NCBI GenBank assembly: GCA_964016885.1
Contig: OZ024752.1
Location: 3,472,001-3,536,000, forward strand
Length of the DNA stretch: 64,000 nucleotides
DNA from: Eledone cirrhosa
Taxonomy: Eukaryota
Reading direction: 5' to 3'
How positions within the stretch are numbered: position 1 is the first letter of the stretch; every line of letters starts with the position of its first letter. A program made the position numbers and the translations under genes. This document shows positions 61,639-64,000 of the stretch, in pieces. The notes under the pieces were generated by a model. The model saw only the letters and a list, made by a program, of their open reading frames with translations, did not search any database and was not told the DNA's origin.

Positions 61639-61705
61639 GTATTTGTATGTGTGTGTTTAGAGAGATATATATATATATGTATGTATGTATATGTGTGTGT
61701 ATGTA

Positions 61706-61750
<45 letters not shown>

Positions 61751-61865
61751 GTGTGTATGTATATATATATATATATATATGTATGTATATATATGTATAT
61801 ATATATATATATGTGTATGTATGTGTATATATGTGTATGTGTGTGTGTATGTATGTGTGTATATG

Positions 61866-61918
<53 letters not shown>

Positions 61919-62055
61919 ATGTGTGTGTGTATAGATATTTATACATATGTATACTCGTGTTTGTATGTATGCGTGTGAGTGTATTTACTTGTGTATATAT
62001 ATATGTGTGTATGTGTGTATGTATGTGTATGTGCGTGTGTATCCGTGTGTGTGTG

Positions 62056-62090
<35 letters not shown>

Positions 62091-62235
62091 GTATGTATAT
62101 GTATGTGTATATATATATATATATATATATTTGTGTATATATATGTATGTGTGTATATATATATGTATATATATATGTATGTATGTGTGTGTGTGTGTAT
62201 GTGTGTATATATATATATATGTGTATATATGTATA

Positions 62236-62334
<99 letters not shown>

Positions 62335-62545
62335 GTATTATATATGTGTGCGTATGTATATGTGTATATGTATTTTATATATGTATGTATGTATGTATGT
62401 GTGTATGCATGTGCGTGTACATGAATATATATTTGTATATATTTATATACTTTTTTTATATATGTGTGTGTGTTTTTATGTGTGTATTTGTGTTTATGTG
62501 TGTGTTTATGGTTGCGCGTAAGTGTGTGAGTGAGTATGTGTGTTT
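60100..62545. repeat. 2.4 kb compound (TA)/(TG) microsatellite
   Basis: direct reading. Confidence 0.95.
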
Positions 62546-63082
62546 TTTTGGTGGTTTTTTTTAGGTGTGGCTTTTTTTGTTTTTCTGTTTTTTTGGTCTT
62601 TTTGGGGTTTCTTTGTTTTTTTGTTTTTTTGTGAATGTGTCTGTTGATTTGGCATATTGTTGATTAGTTTAAGAGAAGTTCGAAGATAATAGTAAGATAT
62701 GCACTCAGTATTTTGAATCTGTCTGCAGAATTCCCTAGACCTTTGTCACTTAGCAGAACTTAATGACTTTAGCTTTTAAAGAATCTCCCTTTTCTTTAAT
62801 TCTATCGAGCATGAATGACCCCCCACTGATTTTATAGACATCTGCTAGCTTAAGAGAAACTTATTGACAAGGAATGGTATGCCATCCGGAACTTGTTTAT
62901 AGATTTCTGTCTGCCTTTGTTACTCTAAAAACATAAATAAATATAAATTAACTATAGCTATGTAGAATTAGCCTTTAATGAATTCCCTTCTCTATCAACC
63001 AATGACCTGCACCCATCCCACTCCCCACCCTCTCCTACCACCTGTAGAGACCTATAAATACCATATTTATTTTTTGATACCC

Positions 63083-63133
63083 AGATTCCTGATGATTTCT
63101 AATGAATGAAACAGTTCTAGTCCTGTAGAATCT
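63083..63133 (+). ncRNA. Type-I HHR in the PLE-B pLTR (mirror copy at 57967-58017, - strand)
   Basis: agattc-CTGATGA-tttc(taat)gaat-GAAAC-ag(ttctagtc)ct-GTA-gaatct. Confidence 0.82.
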
Positions 63134-63216
63134 CTTCTATATTAAAACTATTATACTCTGCTATGTATTGAGTACCTTACTTACTGTGGTTACCTCCGAT
63201 TCAACCCGGAATAACG

Positions 63217-63250
<34 letters not shown>

Positions 63251-63299
63251 TACACACACACGTACACACACGCACTCACACACATACATATATGTATAT

Positions 63300-63440
63300 A
63301 GAACCGTAAGAACGTGGGAAAGAATGCTTTATGGTAATAGTTTCGGCTCTCTGCTCTCTGAGTTCAAATCCCACCGAGGTCTAATTTGCCTTTCATCTTT
63401 TCGCGGTCGATAAAAAAGTACCAGTGAAATACTGCGTCGA
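63300..63440 (+). mobile_element. SINE family 1 copy
   Basis: gagttcaaatcccaccgagg...tttgcctttcatc. Confidence 0.75.
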
Positions 63441-64000
63441 TTTTTCCCTATATCTCTTTCCCATGCCGCTGTCTATCACTTGTCTATCTTTCTCTGTAAG
63501 AAAGACGCTGTACTCAGGCTTAAAATAGCGAAGAAACGCCCTATGTGAATACAGCGCCCTATGACTCTATCAGGAGTTATGGGACCATACATATATATGG
63601 TATTTTATAACTTGTTCTTACAAATAATATTTCTGAAAGATATACTTCATTATCGTGGCTTGAATACTTTTAATCTTAGGTTTGCTAGCTCAGGAATTGC
63701 TGTCAATTATAGATTGGTTAATTTCCCTAGCAGAATTGTCTGGCAAAACCTAGCTGCAATGTGTTCGATGTATATCATAATGGCATGGTGAAAATATGGT
63801 TATTATGAATATTCTAAGAAAGAATGTAGGTCAGATGACAGTGCAGGAGAATATTTCTTGTTTTCAGACGCTGCTCATGAATATGTTTGCTTTCTGGAAA
63901 AAAGGTTTATATATGTCTTCATGCTCAACTTCATATGATAATGCCCATTTGCCAATTTATAATCACCAGAGAATGCGCTCTCATTCACATCATTGGGGAA

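Larger units (their letters stand above)
57962..63216 (+). mobile_element. PLE-B insertion: inverted pLTR arm 57962-58367, 5'-truncated ORF, microsatellite-expanded UTR, pLTR 62717-63140, tail to 63216
   Basis: ~400 bp near-identical inverted repeats; (TA)n at both ends. Confidence 0.88.

Noticed and set aside
60052-62564. Long ORFs of 200-610 aa rich in Y/I/V/C/M (also 27432-28379, 35524-36872, 46699-47264)
   Set aside because: Translations of TA/TG microsatellites, which lack stop codons by composition

Overview
AT-rich, microsatellite-saturated metazoan intergenic/intronic DNA; the SINE families and repeat load resemble Octopus (inference). I cannot support any intact host gene, and almost all ORF-track entries are translations of simple repeats. 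Real coding content is transposon-derived: two long 5'-truncated but open Penelope-like element (PLE) ORFs (RT + C-terminal GIY-YIG; 23107-25269, 58478-59965), a third PLE 3' fragment, a decayed Helitron Rep segment and LINE fragments. The main signal is non-coding. About 20 type-I hammerhead ribozyme (HHR) motifs sit in at least 10 sequence-unrelated short elements inserted in (TA)n tracts. These share one fold-back architecture: an inverted arm ending at a fixed junction against the TA tract, plus a second arm that runs through that junction into a tail. Many tails carry a covarying bulged hairpin (RYTC-helix-loop-helix-TY-GARY) also present in the tail of the coding PLE at 58-63 kb. This looks like a PLE-mobilised, retrozyme-like non-autonomous system. 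All alignments and folds were done by eye; coordinates are approximate (about +/-10 nt).
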